From an uncultured beta proteobacterium (GTDB lineage Bacteria > Pseudomonadota > Gammaproteobacteria > Burkholderiales > SG8-41), in NCBI GenBank assembly GCA_903933915.1, contig CAIZLW010000116.1, forward strand, positions 11,997-35,996: DNA of 24,000 nucleotides, read 5' to 3'. The stretch's first letter is position 1, and each line of letters starts with the position of its first letter. The notes beneath the pieces are model-generated. The model made no database searches. It was given only the letters and a program-made list of their open reading frames with translations, and was not told where the DNA came from. A program made the translations under genes and the position numbers. Below are positions 23,577 through 24,000 of this stretch, in pieces.

Positions 23577-24000
23577 ATGGACGAAAACAAATCCAAAGCA
23601 CTCGCGGCAGCGCTGTCGCAAATCGAAAAACAATTCGGCAAGGGTTCGGTCATGCGCATGGGCGAGGCCGACATTGCGCGCGACATCCAGACGGTATCGA
23701 CGGGTTCGCTGGGTCTCGATATCGGCCTGGGCATCGGCGGCCTGCCGCGCGGCCGTGTGGTTGAAATCTACGGTCCGGAATCGTCGGGCAAAACCACGCT
23801 GACGCTGTCGGTGATCGCGCAGATGCAGAAACTCGGCGGTTCGGCGGCATTCATCGATGCCGAACACGCGCTGGATCCGCAATATGCCGTCAAGCTGGGC
23901 GTGAAAGTCGACGAACTGATCATCTCCCAGCCGGACAACGGCGAGCAGGCTCTGGAAATCGCCGACATGCTGGTGCGTTCGGGTTCGGTCGACGTGGTGG
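23577..24000 (+). CDS. recA: Recombinase RecA (3' end outside window)
   Basis: My own translation from the ATG at 23577 gives [30 protein letters not shown]...[38 protein letters not shown] (Walker A)...[10 protein letters not shown]. It is absent from the ORF track because there is no stop in the window. Confidence 0.97.
   Translation, partial: MDENKSKALAAALSQIEKQFGKGSVMRMGEADIARDIQTVSTGSLGLDIGLGIGGLPRGRVVEIYGPESSGKTTLTLSVIAQMQKLGGSAAFIDAEHALDPQYAVKLGVKVDELIISQPDNGEQALEIADMLVRSGSVDVV

Noticed and set aside
1-24000. CRISPR arrays, tRNA/rRNA genes, IS elements, toxin-antitoxin or known defence-system genes
   Set aside because: I scanned the intergenic regions (all 181 nt or shorter) and the ORF translations. 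I found no repeat-spacer periodicity, no cloverleaf-sized conserved RNA, and no nuclease, ATPase, methylase or transposase signatures.

Overview
GC-rich chromosomal window. Gene content and synteny look betaproteobacterial (Burkholderiales/Rhodocyclales-like), but that taxon call is inference only. The + strand backbone is a conserved housekeeping array: glyA-nrdR-ribD-ribE-ribBA-ribH-nusB ... thiL ... pgpA-pncC-recA. In E. coli, nusB-thiL-pgpA are contiguous. Here that array is broken twice. (i) About 5.3 kb lies between nusB and thiL: a small membrane protein, two alpha/beta hydrolases and three tandem Bug/TctC-type periplasmic binding proteins. (ii) About 1.4 kb lies between thiL and pgpA: an orphan response regulator with a C-terminal REC domain, plus a stand-alone Hpt protein. 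The left 9 kb is accessory-like. It holds a truncated SnoaL-like gene, two tandem translationally coupled 11xTPR + GT9-like glycosyltransferase-fold proteins, a secreted four-cysteine protein that aligns by eye to the endostatin/C-type-lectin-like fold, a fourth Bug binding protein, a secreted alpha/beta hydrolase and an enolase-superfamily enzyme. I found no rRNA, tRNA, CRISPR array, transposase, integrase or recognisable defence genes. The many long minus-strand ORFs opposite the real genes look like GC-rich antisense shadow ORFs. I see no clear-cut novel system. The most unusual items are the TPR-GT9 pair with the adjacent endostatin-like secreted protein, and the REC/Hpt insertion. All family assignments come from motif recognition by eye; no database search was run.
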